17,196 nucleotides of DNA, taken from an uncultured Phycisphaerales bacterium. GTDB lineage: Bacteria > Planctomycetota > Phycisphaerae > Phycisphaerales > SM1A02. Both the position numbers and the translations under genes were made by a program. Shown here one piece after another: positions 15,162 to 17,196 of the stretch (its first letter is position 1; every line of letters begins with the position of its first letter). The DNA is taken from contig CALKEP010000077.1 in assembly GCA_938084645.1 (NCBI GenBank), positions 1-17,196 on the forward strand, in the 5' to 3' direction. Under the pieces are notes generated by a model. The model did no database searches. It was not told where the DNA came from and was given only the letters and a program-made list of their open reading frames with translations.

Positions 15162-17015
15162 ATGTGTGGCATCGTCGCGTACATCGGACATCGTGAAGCG
15201 ACCCCCATTCTTCTGGAGGGTCTCAAGCGGCTTGAGTATCGAGGCTACGACTCGGCGGGCGTGGCGGTGCTCCGAGGGGACCGCGATGAATCCGAAGCGC
15301 TCGATCTGGTCAAGAGCGTGGGACGGGTACGGGTCCTCGAGGACGCGATCACGGAGCACGGCGGACTTCCCGGTTCGATCGGCATCGCCCACACCCGATG
15401 GGCGACCCATGGCGGCGTGACGGAGGCGAATGCGCATCCGCATCGCGATGACGCCTCTCTCGGGCACGGCGTCGCGATCATTCACAACGGCATCATCGAG
15501 AACTATCAGTCGCTCCGGACCTGGCTCACCGAGAAGGGTCACGTCTTCGAGAGCGAGACCGACACCGAAGTGCTCGTCCATCTCATCGGCGAACTGTACG
15601 ACGGTGATCTCGAGCGGGCCGTGCAGAGCGCGCTCCGCGAGGTCGAGGGTGCGTATGCGATCGCCGCGATCTGCTGCAAGGAGCCCGGCGTCATGGTGGT
15701 GGCCCGCAAGGGATCGCCCCTCCTCGTCGGTGTGGGCAGTGACGAATACGTGGTGGCGTCCGATCAGAGTGCGATCGTCGCGCACACCAACCAGGCCTTC
15801 ACGCTCGACGACTACACGGTCGCAAAGCTCACGCGGGACTCCTTCCGGACTTCGACCGTCGACGACGTCGAGATCTCGGCGAAGGTCCACAAGCTCGAGG
15901 TCGAAATCGAGCAGATCGAACTCGGCGACTACGAGCACTACATGCTCAAGGAGATCTTCGAGCAGCCTCGCGCCCTGCGAACCTGCATCCAGGGCCGCAT
16001 CGACCATCGAGCCGGCCAGGTCCATCTCGGGGGCGTGAACGACTTCGGCCGCGAGCTCGCTCGCGCCAAGCGAATGGTGTTCGTGGGACAGGGAACGGCG
16101 CTCAACGCCGCGATGATCGGCGAGTACCTCATGGAGGATCTCGCGAAGATCCCGACCGACGTCGAATTCGCCAGCGAATTCCGCTATCGCAACCCGATCG
16201 TCGAGGAGGGCACGGTCGTGGTCGCGATCAGTCAGTCCGGCGAGACCGCCGACACGCTGGCCGCGGTGCAGGAGGCACGCCAGAAGGGTGCGATGGGTCT
16301 CGGCGTGGTGAACGTCGTCGGATCGACGATCTCCCGCGAGACGGATGCCGGCGTCTACCTTCGGGTGGGGCCGGAGATCGGCGTCGCAAGCACCAAGGCG
16401 TTCGTCGGCCAGGTGATGGTGAATGCGCTGCTCGCGACCTTCATCGGTCGCCGTCGCTTCCTTTCGCAGGAGCAGGTGAACACCCTGCTCGACGAGATGG
16501 CGGCGATTCCCGACAAGATCGAACGCGTCCTCGAGCAGAGCGATTTCATTCGCGACGCGACCGCTCGTTTCGTCGGGCGGGAGAACTGGCTCTTCCTCGG
16601 GCGTGGGGTGAACTACCCCGTCGCGATGGAAGGGGCCCTCAAGCTGAAGGAGATCAGCTACATCCACGCCGAGGGCATGCCCGCGGCGGAGATGAAGCAC
16701 GGGCCGATCGCCCTGATCGACGAAGGCATGCCGGTGGTGTTCATCGCCACCCGGAACAGCCAGTACGAGAAGGTGGTTTCGAACATCGAGGAGGTTCGAA
16801 GTCGCGGCGGTCACGTCATCGCGGTCGCGACCGAAGGCGACCACGAGATCGCTCGGTTGTGCGAGGCGGTCTTCTACGTCCCCGACGTCATCGAACCGCT
16901 TCAGCCGCTGGTCTCGGTGATCCCCCTGCAGCTGCTGGCCTATCACGCCGCGGTGCTTCGGGGCAAGGACGTCGACAAGCCTCGGAATCTCGCGAAGAGC
17001 GTCACCGTCGAGTGA
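15162..17015 (+). CDS. glmS: Glutamine--fructose-6-phosphate transaminase (isomerizing)
   Basis: MCGIV N-terminus (catalytic Cys fixes the start at 15162), LEYRGYDSAG, HTRWATHG, HNGIIENY, SETDTEV, SQSGETADT, VASTKAF, EGALKLKE, KHGP, and C-terminal PRNLAKSVTVE. Confidence 0.98.
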   Translation: MCGIVAYIGHREATPILLEGLKRLEYRGYDSAGVAVLRGDRDESEALDLVKSVGRVRVLEDAITEHGGLPGSIGIAHTRWATHGGVTEANAHPHRDDASLGHGVAIIHNGIIENYQSLRTWLTEKGHVFESETDTEVLVHLIGELYDGDLERAVQSALREVEGAYAIAAICCKEPGVMVVARKGSPLLVGVGSDEYVVASDQSAIVAHTNQAFTLDDYTVAKLTRDSFRTSTVDDVEISAKVHKLEVEIEQIELGDYEHYMLKEIFEQPRALRTCIQGRIDHRAGQVHLGGVNDFGRELARAKRMVFVGQGTALNAAMIGEYLMEDLAKIPTDVEFASEFRYRNPIVEEGTVVVAISQSGETADTLAAVQEARQKGAMGLGVVNVVGSTISRETDAGVYLRVGPEIGVASTKAFVGQVMVNALLATFIGRRRFLSQEQVNTLLDEMAAIPDKIERVLEQSDFIRDATARFVGRENWLFLGRGVNYPVAMEGALKLKEISYIHAEGMPAAEMKHGPIALIDEGMPVVFIATRNSQYEKVVSNIEEVRSRGGHVIAVATEGDHEIARLCEAVFYVPDVIEPLQPLVSVIPLQLLAYHAAVLRGKDVDKPRNLAKSVTVE

Positions 17016-17170
17016 CCGCGGATCGGGGGTGTCCCGCTCCGGGACGAGACGGATGGGGACCGGTCATGCGGCCCTGCCGGACCCACGATGGTCGTCGCAC
17101 GGGATGCACGGACATCGGACGTCGCGATATCGGTGACGTCGAGGTCGCTATTTTGGGAATCCACGAGGGT

Positions 17171-17192
17171 CGAGGCACGAAACCGTGCTTCG
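17171..17192. other. Small hairpin near the window edge
   Basis: CGAGGCACG-AAAC-CGTGCTTCG, 9 bp including one G-U pair. Downstream context is truncated. Confidence 0.25.
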
Positions 17193-17196
17193 TAAG

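Noticed and set aside
14964..16946. 660-aa minus-strand ORF
   Set aside because: Antisense to glmS; typical high-GC artefact.
16943..17164. 73-aa minus-strand ORF and imperfect palindrome at 17118-17140
   Set aside because: The ORF overlaps the glmS end and has no motifs. The palindrome is built from TCGA/GACGTC-type words that are abundant throughout the window.

Overview
High-GC bacterial window, probably from a planctomycete (Phycisphaerales-like; inferred from a VPAPG-type exosortase sorting tail and frequent SD-less starts). The left edge holds 3-hydroxyanthranilate 3,4-dioxygenase on the minus strand. From 747 to 9422 on the plus strand lies an 8-gene cluster of unknown function: a small 2-TM/PH-like protein, a small helical protein, a GlmL (glutamate mutase L)-like ASKHA ATPase with no B12 mutase partner in the window, a barrel-sandwich-hybrid/KOW protein, an FN3+DUF6754-like membrane protein and three further membrane proteins. 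It ends in a strong hairpin. This putative ATPase-coupled membrane complex is the best candidate for an undescribed system; two of its subunits look like distant paralogs inserted in opposite membrane orientations. The right half is mostly housekeeping: a PEP-CTERM-like surface protein, pdxA, a LysM L,D-transpeptidase, 5-formyl-THF cyclo-ligase, rarA and glmS. I saw no rRNA, tRNA, CRISPR array or mobile element. Family names come from motif recognition and memory, not from database searches.
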